From Clostridiales bacterium UBA1740 (GTDB lineage: Bacteria > Bacillota > Clostridia > Oscillospirales > CAG-272), in assembly GCA_002315715.1 (NCBI GenBank), contig DCHY01000033.1, positions 1-61,043 on the forward strand: 61,043 bases of DNA. The letters run 5' to 3'. This document shows, in pieces, positions 47,834 through 56,751 of the stretch. Numbering within the stretch: the stretch's first letter is position 1; each line of letters opens with the position of its first letter. Made by a program: the position numbers and the translations under genes. Under the pieces are notes generated by a model. The model saw nothing but the letters and a program-made list of their open reading frames with translations, was not told where the DNA came from and did no database searches.

Positions 47834-48505
47834 TCACAGTTCACTGTCGGAAAAATCCGAATTTTGAAGTACGATTTCCAAATTTCCGTTTTTTATACGC
47901 AAAGCGTCAAGAAACGCTTTCTCGGCAAACGTATCTTTTAGCGTGATGAGATAGGAAAGACGGAACATACTGCCCATGTTGACCGATTTGACTTTGATGA
48001 GTTCGTGACGCTTGGTGAAGTTTTCCATTTCTTCGTCAAACACTTCGGTGTAATCGAGTGATTCGGGAATGGTGATCTTCAAAAGTCTCTCAAGACCGCC
48101 CTGCCGTTTATTCACGGAAAAAACGTCAAACACCAAAAGAATGGTGCCCGAGAGAAGAAGGAAGATTCCGCCGTAGCCGAAGTAGCCGGTGCCAAAGGCA
48201 AGACCGCCCGCCATGGCGATGAAAACGGCGGTGATTTCCCGCGCCGTACCGGGCGCCGAGCGGAACCGTACAAGACCGAAGGCACCTGCAATGGCGACGC
48301 CGATACCGAGATTGCCGTTGACGAGGGCGATAACCACCGCCACCGCCATGGGAAGCATGGCAAGGGTAATCGAAAAACTTTTGGTGGTGCGATTTTTATA
48401 GCAGGCAAGCACGGCAAAGAGAATGCCGAAGAGCAAAGCTGCCGTCATCATGAAAAGAAAATCCGCGGGCGTCATGCTGCCGCTTTCAAAGAGTGATTGA
48501 AACAT
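47834..48505 (-). CDS. DUF4956-like polytopic membrane protein
   Basis: About 5 TM segments with a GLVRFRSAPG motif and a soluble tail of about 75 aa. It overlaps the upstream VTC-like gene by 20 nt (an alternative ATG is at 48475). Confidence 0.75.
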   Translation of the reverse strand: MFQSLFESGSMTPADFLFMMTAALLFGILFAVLACYKNRTTKSFSITLAMLPMAVAVVIALVNGNLGIGVAIAGAFGLVRFRSAPGTAREITAVFIAMAGGLAFGTGYFGYGGIFLLLSGTILLVFDVFSVNKRQGGLERLLKITIPESLDYTEVFDEEMENFTKRHELIKVKSVNMGSMFRLSYLITLKDTFAEKAFLDALRIKNGNLEIVLQNSDFSDSEL

Positions 48506-49193
48506 GGTTTTGTTCTCCTGTTTTTCGGTCGCGTTCTTTTATAAACGCACGGCCGTATTTTGAAAAGGACGTTTTGTTGACGGCGTTCTCGGCTAACAGA
48601 CGGCAAAGCCAAAGAGGAACGGCGACGCCGGTTTTGATTTCGACGAGAAAACAACCGTCGGGAAGAAGGCTTTCTCCTTCAAGGGAAGTATGAAAATTGA
48701 GGTCTTCCGTACGGTAGCGGACGTTGCGGTCAAAGGTCACGCGCAGGTCGCTGTCCCGGTCGGCAAACGCCGTTCTGTCGTAGAGAATCAGCATCTTCGG
48801 ATAGAGAGAATCGTAGAAAGAATAAAAGTATTTGAGTTCGCGGCCGATTTGCGAGAAATCGTCCTTGGAAATGGAACCAATGTCCTTTTCTTTACAACGA
48901 ACCCTTCTTTTGTAAACAATACCGTTCATTTTCCGCTTCATTTCGAGAAAAACGTCTTTTTCGCCGTCGTTCAATCCATAACATCTGGCTCTCAGTTTTT
49001 CTTTGTATTTAGGCTTATCAAGAGATGCCAAAATCAGATCGTCGGCGTCGGTATCGAAATAGAGACTTTGTATCGTGCTCTCCCCGTGGGGGTCTTTTTG
49101 CATATGAGAATCCACTCCGCGCATAAGCGCAAGTCCCTGTTCTTCCGAACAAAGATATTTCATCTCGTATCGCATAAAAACGAAATCGCTCAC
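48486..49193 (-). CDS. VTC-domain (polyphosphate-polymerase-like, triphosphate tunnel) protein
   Basis: GTG start with a GGGGGA SD. MSDFVFMRYEMKY... carries the tunnel-fold ExExK-type signature. About 235 aa, soluble, resembling bacterial PF09359 proteins. Confidence 0.75.
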   Translation of the reverse strand: MSDFVFMRYEMKYLCSEEQGLALMRGVDSHMQKDPHGESTIQSLYFDTDADDLILASLDKPKYKEKLRARCYGLNDGEKDVFLEMKRKMNGIVYKRRVRCKEKDIGSISKDDFSQIGRELKYFYSFYDSLYPKMLILYDRTAFADRDSDLRVTFDRNVRYRTEDLNFHTSLEGESLLPDGCFLVEIKTGVAVPLWLCRLLAENAVNKTSFSKYGRAFIKERDRKTGEQNHVSITL

Positions 49194-49243
49194 GTCAATT
49201 CCCCCTTTCCTCTTTCATTATACGGGTTGATTCTTAAGCCAAA

Positions 49244-49273
49244 CTAAAAACGCCCGAAAAAATCGGGCGTTTC
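49244..49273 (-). terminator. rho-independent terminator after the ABC ATPase gene
   Basis: ACGCCCGA-A5-TCGGGCGT hairpin followed by TTTTT on the minus strand. Confidence 0.75.
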
Positions 49274-49279
49274 TTAAAA

Positions 49280-49984
49280 TTATTTTTTTCGCTGTATTTT
49301 TTGCAGTTCGTAGCGCACGTCGCACATGGCGGCAACCTCCGCCGAATGGCTGACGAGAATAACGCATTTTCCTTCGTTTGCAAGCCCTTTGAAAATCTCC
49401 ATGATTTCCCCTTGGGTTTCTCGGTCAAGGTTGCCGGTCGGCTCGTCCGCGAGGATGATAGAGGGATTATACGAAAGTGCTCTGGCAATGGCGACGCGCT
49501 GTTGTTGACCTCCCGAGAGCAAGAGAACGCGGCGATTGGCTTCGTCCTCGTCGAGACCGACGCTTTGAAGAAGCGCCATGGCGCGCGCTTTTTTGTCCGC
49601 GATTTTCACGCCGGAGATATCCATCGAGAGCACGACGTTTTCAAGCGCCGTATATTTGGTAATCAAATTGAAACTTTGGAAAACGACGCCGATATCGCGT
49701 GAGCGAAAGACGTACTTGTCGGTTTTGGAGATGCTTTGCCCCTCGAAAAGAATGTCGCCGGTATTCGGGGAAGCAAGCCCCGACAGAAGCGAAAGAAGGG
49801 TGGTTTTCCCGGCACCGGATTTGCCGATGATACAGTACATTTTTCCTTTTTCAAAGTCAAAGGACAAATCTTTTAAGACCGGGGTTTTGTCGTAGGCAAA
49901 ACTGATATGGTGAAGCGACAAAACGGGAATCGGGAAATTTTCGCCCGCCTCGTTTGCCGTTTGATTTTGCAGTATTTCTTCCAT
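49280..49984 (-). CDS. ABC transporter ATP-binding protein (MacB/LolD/FtsE-like)
   Basis: Walker [12 protein letters not shown], signature [15 protein letters not shown], Walker [13 protein letters not shown]. The ATG at 49984 has an AAGGAG SD, inside track ORF 49280..50059. Confidence 0.9.
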   Translation of the reverse strand: MEEILQNQTANEAGENFPIPVLSLHHISFAYDKTPVLKDLSFDFEKGKMYCIIGKSGAGKTTLLSLLSGLASPNTGDILFEGQSISKTDKYVFRSRDIGVVFQSFNLITKYTALENVVLSMDISGVKIADKKARAMALLQSVGLDEDEANRRVLLLSGGQQQRVAIARALSYNPSIILADEPTGNLDRETQGEIMEIFKGLANEGKCVILVSHSAEVAAMCDVRYELQKIQRKK

Positions 49985-49994
49985 GTTTTTCTCC

Positions 49995-51707
49995 TTAATC
50001 GCGGTTTGCAAGGATTTTGAGGGGGTCATAGCGCATGATGAAGAGTACCGACGCCGCACTGGAAACGAGGGTCAGGAAGAATCCGACCAAAATCATTTCA
50101 AGGGCGACTGTGAGATTCATCGCGGAATCCACCTCGGTGACGTAGTCGACGGTTTTGCTCTTGACGTCGTTCATCGTATCCTTCATATTGTCAAACATAT
50201 TGAATCCGCCGCCCGAAACGTCGCTTGGCAGGTTGTCGGGGATGTTTGAAGTGTCAAAATCACCGCCCGAGAAACCGCCGGCACCCCCCGGCATCTTGCC
50301 GCCTCCCATGTTGCCGCCACGGCCGAAACTCTCGTCGATTTGCGCCTGCTTGTTATCGGCACTTGTCAGTTGCGTTTGCAACAGCGCGTTGGTGACGGGC
50401 ACCGAGGATACGGCACCGATACCGGCGCCGAGGATGACGGCTATCATCGTAATGACGAGAATCTCGCAGGTAAACTGTGCCGCCACTTTCCATTTTTTCA
50501 TACCCATAGCGGTCAGAACGCCGACTTCGTATTTGCGTTCTCTCACGTTAAAGATGTTGAGAACGACGAGAATCACACCGCCGATGGCGAGGATGATGAT
50601 CAAAAACCACTTGGCAAGGTTGCTGAGGGTTTCAAGGGGAGAGAGGCTTTCTTCGTAAGCCGAAAGGTCGGAGGAGGTGATGACGTAAGAGTCGGAAAGC
50701 CCCGCCGTCCTTGCTTCTTCTTCAAACGCTTCGTAACCCTTCACGTCTTCAAAGGTGTAGGTGAAATTCAAGGTGCCGACCATTTTGCTTTCAACGGTTC
50801 TGCCGGTCGAAGAATCGGTGGTGGAGGTGGATACCGCCGCCGAGGCGTCAAGCATCTTTTGAAGCGCCGCGGCACTCACGTAGATTTCGTTTGCCGGGTC
50901 TTGGCTGGTGCCGAAGACGGAACGCGAGAAATCGTTTGCCGACTGCGACGCGTAAATGCCGACGACGGTCAGCGTATAGGTTTCACTCTCCGCCGACGGA
51001 TTGCAAACGAGCACGGTGTCACCGACCGCAAGGCCGTTCGTCGTTGCCAGTTCGGATGAAATGATACAGTCATAGTTTTCGGTGCCTTCTTCAAATACGG
51101 CACCGCCGTCTTGAATTTGGGTGTTGCCGCTGATGATATCCGTCATGGCGAGGTCGCTCGAGTAGCCGACGACGGTAAAGTCACCCGTCGTCACGTCACC
51201 GAACATGCCGCCACCACCGAAACCGCCGACTCCGCCGTAATTACCGCCGCCGGAATCACCGCCGCCGCTGAAAGTACCGCCGGTAGAGGAACTTTCGCCC
51301 GTCGATTCGCTGTCGGAAACCGGCGAAAACCCGTCGGTACCGTTGACGTAAGCCGTCAGCGTGTAATAATAATTGTCTACCGATTCACAAGCGGCATAGG
51401 TCAAATATTCCGAGAGCGTAAGGGCGGATGTCTCCCCCATCTGCTCCGAAAAAGCACTGAAGTCAAAATTGCCGCTGCCGGGTTCTCCTTGCTTGGCAAT
51501 GTCGCCGATGGTGCCGGCACGGTCAAACGAAATCGTTGCCGTCACGGAAAGACCGTCGAGCGCGGTTTGCTTGGCACTTTCCGCCGCCTGTCTGATGGAA
51601 AGACCGAGACAGGAAGAAACGGCAATGACAAGGGCAATAATGCCGATGAGAATGTTTCTTCCCTTGGCACGGGACAGACTGCGAAGTGCGTTTTTGATGA
51701 TGTACAT
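49995..51707 (-). CDS. ABC transporter permease, FtsX/MacB type, with Gly-rich extracytoplasmic insertions
   Basis: N-terminal TM segment, a large extracytoplasmic domain, and a C-terminal FtsX-like 3-TM bundle. There are two Gly-rich low-complexity tracts (GGTFSGGGDSGGGNYGGVGGFGGGG; GRGGNMGGGKMPGGAGGFSGG). Confidence 0.85.
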   Translation of the reverse strand: MYIIKNALRSLSRAKGRNILIGIIALVIAVSSCLGLSIRQAAESAKQTALDGLSVTATISFDRAGTIGDIAKQGEPGSGNFDFSAFSEQMGETSALTLSEYLTYAACESVDNYYYTLTAYVNGTDGFSPVSDSESTGESSSTGGTFSGGGDSGGGNYGGVGGFGGGGMFGDVTTGDFTVVGYSSDLAMTDIISGNTQIQDGGAVFEEGTENYDCIISSELATTNGLAVGDTVLVCNPSAESETYTLTVVGIYASQSANDFSRSVFGTSQDPANEIYVSAAALQKMLDASAAVSTSTTDSSTGRTVESKMVGTLNFTYTFEDVKGYEAFEEEARTAGLSDSYVITSSDLSAYEESLSPLETLSNLAKWFLIIILAIGGVILVVLNIFNVRERKYEVGVLTAMGMKKWKVAAQFTCEILVITMIAVILGAGIGAVSSVPVTNALLQTQLTSADNKQAQIDESFGRGGNMGGGKMPGGAGGFSGGDFDTSNIPDNLPSDVSGGGFNMFDNMKDTMNDVKSKTVDYVTEVDSAMNLTVALEMILVGFFLTLVSSAASVLFIMRYDPLKILANRD

Positions 51708-51745
51708 GTTGTTCTCCTTTGAAATCCGCTAGTTAACATACGGGT

Positions 51746-51776
51746 ATCATACTTCCCAAAACTTAACTGTACTTAA
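51746..51776 (-). promoter_or_regulatory. putative promoter with direct-repeat response-regulator box upstream of the ABC genes
   Basis: On the minus strand: TTAAGT-ACAG-TTAAGT (51776-51761), then 9 nt, then TATGAT (51751-46). The helical-period direct repeats overlap the -35 position. Confidence 0.4.
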
Positions 51777-51780
51777 AAAA

Positions 51781-51818
51781 CAAAAAAGGATGAAAAACTT
51801 TTCGCTTTTCATCCTTGA
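51781..51818 (-). terminator. rho-independent terminator after the histidine kinase gene
   Basis: AAGGATGAAAA...TTTTCATCCTT hairpin with a T-run on the minus strand. Confidence 0.7.
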
Positions 51819-51822
51819 GAAA

Positions 51823-53097
51823 TCAAAGGGGAAGTGTCACGTTCACGGCAAAGACGCCGTTTTCATACGTGGCGGCAATCACGCCGCCGTGGGCATCCGC
51901 CACGGCTTTTGCAATCGAGAGACCGATGCCGTGACCGCCGGTTGCGGAATTGCGCGAGGTATCGGTACGGTAAAAACGGTCGAACAGATGCGGCAAATCG
52001 TCGGCGGAAATCGGCGACTCGGTTTCGTTGGCAATCGACAAAAAGACGCTTTTGCGGTTCTTTTTCAGCGTCACGAAGATTTTTCCGTCGGGCTTTGCGT
52101 ACTTGACGGCGTTCTCGGTCAGCACGGACAAAAGGCGGTTGAGAGCATCCGGCGCACCGCAAAGCGTAATGCCTTTTTCAATCTCGGTTTGCCAAACGAT
52201 GTTTTTGGTTTGCGCCGGGGCATGAAAGGCGGCGACGGCCTCTTCTACGATGTCGGAAAAAGGGCAGTCGATTTTTTCCGCTTTTTGTTCGCCCTCTTCC
52301 ATTTTCGAGAGCGTCACGAGGTCTTTCGTCAAAGCGGAAAGACGCTTGGTTTGGTTCTTGATTTCGATAAGTTCCTCTTTTTCACCGTCCGCTTCAAGCA
52401 AATCCGCGTTGGCGGCAATGATGGTGAGCGGCGTTTTGATTTCGTGGCTCGCATCGGAAATAAAGCGCTTCTGCTTTTCGTAACTTTCCGCAATGGGCTT
52501 GACTATCTTGCCGGACACGAAAAGAAAGGCGACGAACACGATGACGCATCCCAAAAGTCCGCAGGATAAACTCGTCCAAAGGAAAGACGTAAAGGCGTCG
52601 AGTTTTCGTCCGCAGTCAAGAAAATAGATTTGACTTTTGTCATCGAGATCGACTTTCAGAAAGCGGAAATTGCCGATAAATCCGCGCGTCTTGTTGCTTG
52701 CCGTGGCTTTTTCCACGTAGGTCGACGCCTCGGCGTCACCGACCGAGACGATGCGCGAAAAATCGGAGTTGACAATGCCGCCGTCTTTGTCGACGGTCAC
52801 CGAGAAGAAACGGGATTCAAACGGCACTTCGAAACTCATGCCGCGCGGAATAAAGTCTTTGAAATCCCGGTTATCTTTCGGCGGTTCGATTTCGGTTTGC
52901 GGCCCTATATCGTTCTCGGGTTCTTTGACGTCGAAAAACGGGGCGTTCGGCTGTGCCAAAACGGTAAGCGTTTCGTCGCTCTCTTTCACCACCGACGAGT
53001 AGTTGACGATGTTCATGATGACGACGAGAACGCTCATCAAAACCAGCATCGAAACGGTGGCAAGCACCGTGAAGCGGCGTTTCAGTTTATGAATCAT
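51823..53097 (-). CDS. sensor histidine kinase (two TM segments, HisKA plus HATPase_c)
   Basis: H-box SHEIKTPLT, N-box and G-box GGHGIGLSIAKAV. The ATG at 53097 has GGAGG 6 nt upstream. Overlaps the RR gene by 11 nt. Confidence 0.9.
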   Translation of the reverse strand: MIHKLKRRFTVLATVSMLVLMSVLVVIMNIVNYSSVVKESDETLTVLAQPNAPFFDVKEPENDIGPQTEIEPPKDNRDFKDFIPRGMSFEVPFESRFFSVTVDKDGGIVNSDFSRIVSVGDAEASTYVEKATASNKTRGFIGNFRFLKVDLDDKSQIYFLDCGRKLDAFTSFLWTSLSCGLLGCVIVFVAFLFVSGKIVKPIAESYEKQKRFISDASHEIKTPLTIIAANADLLEADGEKEELIEIKNQTKRLSALTKDLVTLSKMEEGEQKAEKIDCPFSDIVEEAVAAFHAPAQTKNIVWQTEIEKGITLCGAPDALNRLLSVLTENAVKYAKPDGKIFVTLKKNRKSVFLSIANETESPISADDLPHLFDRFYRTDTSRNSATGGHGIGLSIAKAVADAHGGVIAATYENGVFAVNVTLPL

Positions 53098-53764
53098 GTC
53101 TATCCTCCAAAGCATACCCGGCGCCGCGGAATACGCGAATCTCCACGTCGGCGCAAAGCGATTGCAGTTTCTTTCTCAAATAGGAAATATATACCCAAAC
53201 GACGTTGATTTCGGCGTCGGTGTCAAATCCCCAAATCTTTTCGAGCAGGCGCTCGGCGGAAAAAAGCACTCTCGGATTGGTGAGAAACAGTTCCATCAGT
53301 TGATACTCTTTGTTGGCAAGACGGAAACTGCCCGTGGGGGAAGAAAGTTCAAACGTCGCGCGGTCGAGGGTAATATTGCCGAAGGCGATTTTGGTATTCG
53401 GCTCGGTTTTTGCTCTCGTGGCGGCGCGGATACGGGCGAGAAGTTCCCGCGAGTCAAAGGGCTTCGGCAGATAATCGTCGGCGCCGCTGTCAAGACCGAG
53501 CACGCGGTCCTCGATTTCGGATTTCGCCGTCAGCATGATGATGGGGATTTTCACCCCGGCGGCTCTCGCTTTTTTGAGGACGGTTATACCGTCCATTTTC
53601 GGCATCATGATATCGAGAACGGCAAGGTCGTAGTTGCCGTCGCAAAGGTAGAGAAGGGCGTCCTCCCCGTTATGAACGGCATCCGCCGAAAAATTGTTTT
53701 TTTCGAGAATCTTGACGACGGCTTTGGCAAGCGCCACTTCGTCTTCGGCAAGCAAAATACGCAT
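53087..53764 (-). CDS. OmpR/PhoB-family response regulator
   Basis: Receiver domain MRILLAEDE...LDIMMPKMDG plus a winged-helix C-terminal domain (...VWVYISYLRKKL...). Confidence 0.92.
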   Translation of the reverse strand: MRILLAEDEVALAKAVVKILEKNNFSADAVHNGEDALLYLCDGNYDLAVLDIMMPKMDGITVLKKARAAGVKIPIIMLTAKSEIEDRVLGLDSGADDYLPKPFDSRELLARIRAATRAKTEPNTKIAFGNITLDRATFELSSPTGSFRLANKEYQLMELFLTNPRVLFSAERLLEKIWGFDTDAEINVVWVYISYLRKKLQSLCADVEIRVFRGAGYALEDRHDS

Positions 53765-53819
53765 AGGAAACCCTCCTTTTTTCTTTATCGTACCGCGGCA
53801 ACATTAAATGAGCCTTAAA

Positions 53820-54695
53820 TTATTTGACGAAAATCGCCATGACGAGGGTTGCCGTCGTCATGAGCATAAGACCGACGGTCGCCTTCTTGGTCAGTTTTTC
53901 TTTGAAAACGAAATAGGAGAAAAAGATGGATACGAGGATAGACAACTTGTCGATAGGCACGACGATACTGACGACGCCGTTTTGAATGGCGTAGTAGTAA
54001 CAAAGCCAAGACGCCCCCGTCGTCACCCCCGAAAGAAGAATGAAAAACAACTCGCCTTTGTCGGTTTGCTTGATTTTCGTTTGCTTTCCTTTCAAAAAGA
54101 CGATGCCCCAAGCCATGACGAGCACCACGAGGGTTCGGATAGCCGTGCCGAGATTGGACTCCACCCCGTCGATGCCGACTTTGGCAAGAATGGAGGTCAA
54201 GGCGGCAAACACCGCCGAACCCACGGCAAAGGGAAACCAACCGCGCGCGGTGGGCTTTTCACCGCTTTTGACTTGTTTCTTTTCAATCATCAAAAAAATG
54301 CCGAGAGCCAATACGGCGGTGCAGACGAGTTTCAAGAGTACGCTTTGTCCTCTCTCGAAAAAGAGGAGCGCCAAGAGGATGGTAAGAACGGTGCTCGACT
54401 TGTCGACCGGCGTCACTTTGTTGACGTCCCCGACCGAGAGGGCTTTGAAATAGCAAAGCCAGGATGCCCCCGTCGAAAGCCCCGAGAGAATCAAAAAAAG
54501 CCAATTTCTTCCGCCGATTTGAAGGACGGTGGGAAAGGAGCCGACGAGTGTGACCATCAAGAGGGAAAACGCCAAAACGACTACGGTGCGCAGCGCCGTT
54601 GCCACGTCGGAATCGGTTTTTTTAATGCCGCACTTGGCGAGGATGGCGGTAATTCCCGCGAAAAACGCCGAGCCTGTTGCCATCAAAAGCCACAT
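53820..54695 (-). CDS. EamA-family (DMT superfamily) transporter
   Basis: 291 aa, about 10 TM segments in two internally repeated halves typical of EamA proteins. Confidence 0.85.
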   Translation of the reverse strand: MWLLMATGSAFFAGITAILAKCGIKKTDSDVATALRTVVVLAFSLLMVTLVGSFPTVLQIGGRNWLFLILSGLSTGASWLCYFKALSVGDVNKVTPVDKSSTVLTILLALLFFERGQSVLLKLVCTAVLALGIFLMIEKKQVKSGEKPTARGWFPFAVGSAVFAALTSILAKVGIDGVESNLGTAIRTLVVLVMAWGIVFLKGKQTKIKQTDKGELFFILLSGVTTGASWLCYYYAIQNGVVSIVVPIDKLSILVSIFFSYFVFKEKLTKKATVGLMLMTTATLVMAIFVK

Positions 54696-54807
54696 AATCT
54701 CCCTCCAAGCAAGAATGAACTACTTTCATTATACCTCGGGAATATAAAAAAGCAACCACTGAAAATGGCGAAAAACATGAAAAAATACGTTTCGGTAATA
54801 AAAAGTG

Positions 54808-54836
54808 TTGCAAACGAAAAACGCATATGGTATACT
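54808..54836 (+). promoter_or_regulatory. sigma-A type promoter (extended -10) of the GGDEF gene
   Basis: TTGCAA (54808-13), 17-nt spacer ending in TGG, TATACT (54831-36). Confidence 0.5.
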
Positions 54837-54895
54837 CGAGAAAAGAGAGAAGTGAAAAGTGCATTTTGCACTAACGACGTAAGGAGGGAAACACC

Positions 54896-56017
54896 GTGTT
54901 CAGTTCCGATAAGAATCTGTTCCTCGAAGCAACCGAGAAAAAACCGAACCGCTATGCGGCAATTGCCATGCTGTTTTACATGATTTGTATGACGTTTTGC
55001 TGGTTCTTGACCGAGATCGGCGTTTTTCTCGTCGGAAAAACCGAAATGCGAATCGGTGCGATCGCTACGGTCGTTTCGGCTCTCGTACCGCTAATATTGA
55101 TGAAAATCAAGCCGAATCTTTTGATCCATCCTGCCATGAAATACGTCATCATGCTGTCGTCGTTTATATTCACACTGGCCATAACGACTTTTTTGACTTT
55201 CCATACCATGAGCATGCTGCTTTTCCCGATGTTTCTCGGTATGATTTACCGTTCGAAAAACCTCGGTATCATGGCGTTTCTCTCTTCGGCGCTTTCCACC
55301 GTCATCGCGCCGGTGCTCGGTTATCTCCTTCGCACGTGGGACATTCTGTTCTTCGAGCGGTTGATTCTTCTCGGCACGGACGTTGACGTTCATATTGCCG
55401 AACTGTATGAGAAGGCGAGTTGGAACTCCGTCGGACAGATTTTTCTTTTCATTATCATGCCGCGCCTTTTGATGGTAGGGGCTTGTGCCATCTTGATGTT
55501 TTACGTCATTCGCGTCGGTGTCGACCACGTCAAAAACCAATTGCAGTTGACGAGCATCAGCCACAGAGATGCGCTGACGGGACTCTTTAACCGCAATTAT
55601 CTGACGGACGTCATGGGCGACCGCTCTTTTTCCGGCGTTTGTACCGTTTTCTTCTTCGACGTCAACGGACTCAAAAGTGTCAACGACCGCATGGGGCACG
55701 AGGCGGGCGATTTGATGCTGCGCGGCTGTGCCGATTGCTTGCGCGAATTGTGCGATGAAGATACCTCCGCCGCCTTCCGCATGGGAGGAGACGAGTTCTT
55801 GATGCTTTCTTTCAGCGGCAAAGATCTTCCCGCAAAGACGGTTGAAAAAATCAACGCCGCCCTCCGAGAAGTCAGCGCCACCACCGAACTGCGCGACAAA
55901 GGTATCGTCTGTTCCATGGCGGCAGGGTTTGCAACGGGTGATTTTGCCGATATCGAAAAACTCATCCGCACCGCCGACGCCAATATGTACGAAAATAAAA
56001 AAGCCTCCCGCGCCTGA
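54896..56017 (+). CDS. membrane-anchored diguanylate cyclase (GGDEF domain)
   Basis: N-terminal region of about 6 TM segments, followed by RDALTGLFNR ... FFFDVNGLKSVND ... RMGGDEFLM. GTG start with AAGGAGGG upstream. Confidence 0.88.
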   Translation: MFSSDKNLFLEATEKKPNRYAAIAMLFYMICMTFCWFLTEIGVFLVGKTEMRIGAIATVVSALVPLILMKIKPNLLIHPAMKYVIMLSSFIFTLAITTFLTFHTMSMLLFPMFLGMIYRSKNLGIMAFLSSALSTVIAPVLGYLLRTWDILFFERLILLGTDVDVHIAELYEKASWNSVGQIFLFIIMPRLLMVGACAILMFYVIRVGVDHVKNQLQLTSISHRDALTGLFNRNYLTDVMGDRSFSGVCTVFFFDVNGLKSVNDRMGHEAGDLMLRGCADCLRELCDEDTSAAFRMGGDEFLMLSFSGKDLPAKTVEKINAALREVSATTELRDKGIVCSMAAGFATGDFADIEKLIRTADANMYENKKASRA

Positions 56018-56024
56018 CGGGAAG

Positions 56025-56058
56025 CAAAAAAGACCGACCTCGCGGTCGGTCTTTTTTT
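56025..56058. terminator. bidirectional rho-independent terminator
   Basis: AGACCGACC-TCGC-GGTCGGTCT hairpin flanked by A5 and T7, between convergent genes. Confidence 0.8.
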
Positions 56059-56659
56059 ATTCGTATAGAAAATCGTCGACAAGCGCGCTCGTTTTTTTCT
56101 CGTATAGTTTGCCGTCCTCGGTGTAAAAATACGGATTTTCTTCGTCCATTTCAAATTCGTAAAGAATGCGGTAAACGGTAATGGGCTCGGTCGAAGCCTC
56201 GTCGTTGTTTTCGACGAAGTAATACGCGTCCCCGTGTACAAAAACGATTTCTTTGAGATGTTTCGGCAGCACGACGTGATAGACAATGTCGCGGTATAGA
56301 TACTCTTTTCCCGTCTTTTCTTCAAAGAATTCGACACTCGACTGAAAGACGGTGTGCTCTTCGTCTTCCTCGATAAAGATGGGTTCGATGAGGAACGGGC
56401 AGGGGTATCCGCGCCCCATATACCCGCCGAGTTCGGTAATCGGTATTCCCCGATATTCGTCGGGCAGAACGACGGTTTCCCCGTCACCGCTTTCGACGGC
56501 GACGTAGCCGATAAAACCGCAGTTCGTCTTTTCGGCAAAGCCTATGCACATTTCGTGCCCTTCGTAGGTTTCGTCTTCTATATCGTAGAACATACAGCAC
56601 GAAGAGGAGCAAAGAAACAAAAGTGCAAACAGTATCAAAATAACGATGCTTTTTTTCAT
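56057..56659 (-). CDS. hypothetical secreted protein / probable lipoprotein (200 aa)
   Basis: MKKSIVILILFALLFLCSSSCC signal sequence. No recognised domain. GC is somewhat lower than the neighbours. Confidence 0.6.
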   Translation of the reverse strand: MKKSIVILILFALLFLCSSSCCMFYDIEDETYEGHEMCIGFAEKTNCGFIGYVAVESGDGETVVLPDEYRGIPITELGGYMGRGYPCPFLIEPIFIEEDEEHTVFQSSVEFFEEKTGKEYLYRDIVYHVVLPKHLKEIVFVHGDAYYFVENNDEASTEPITVYRILYEFEMDEENPYFYTEDGKLYEKKTSALVDDFLYE

Positions 56660-56706
56660 AGTCCACCCTCCGCTTTCAGTATAAGATAAGCGAAAAGAAA
56701 AGTCAA

Positions 56707-56750
56707 GAAAAAGCCGTCAAAACCCATCCGAATGGGCTTTGACGGCAGTT
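56707..56750 (-). terminator. rho-independent terminator after AGCS symporter 2
   Basis: GCCGTCAAA.CCCAT...ATGGG.TTTGACGGC long hairpin with a T-run on the minus strand. Confidence 0.75.
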
Positions 56751-56751
56751 T

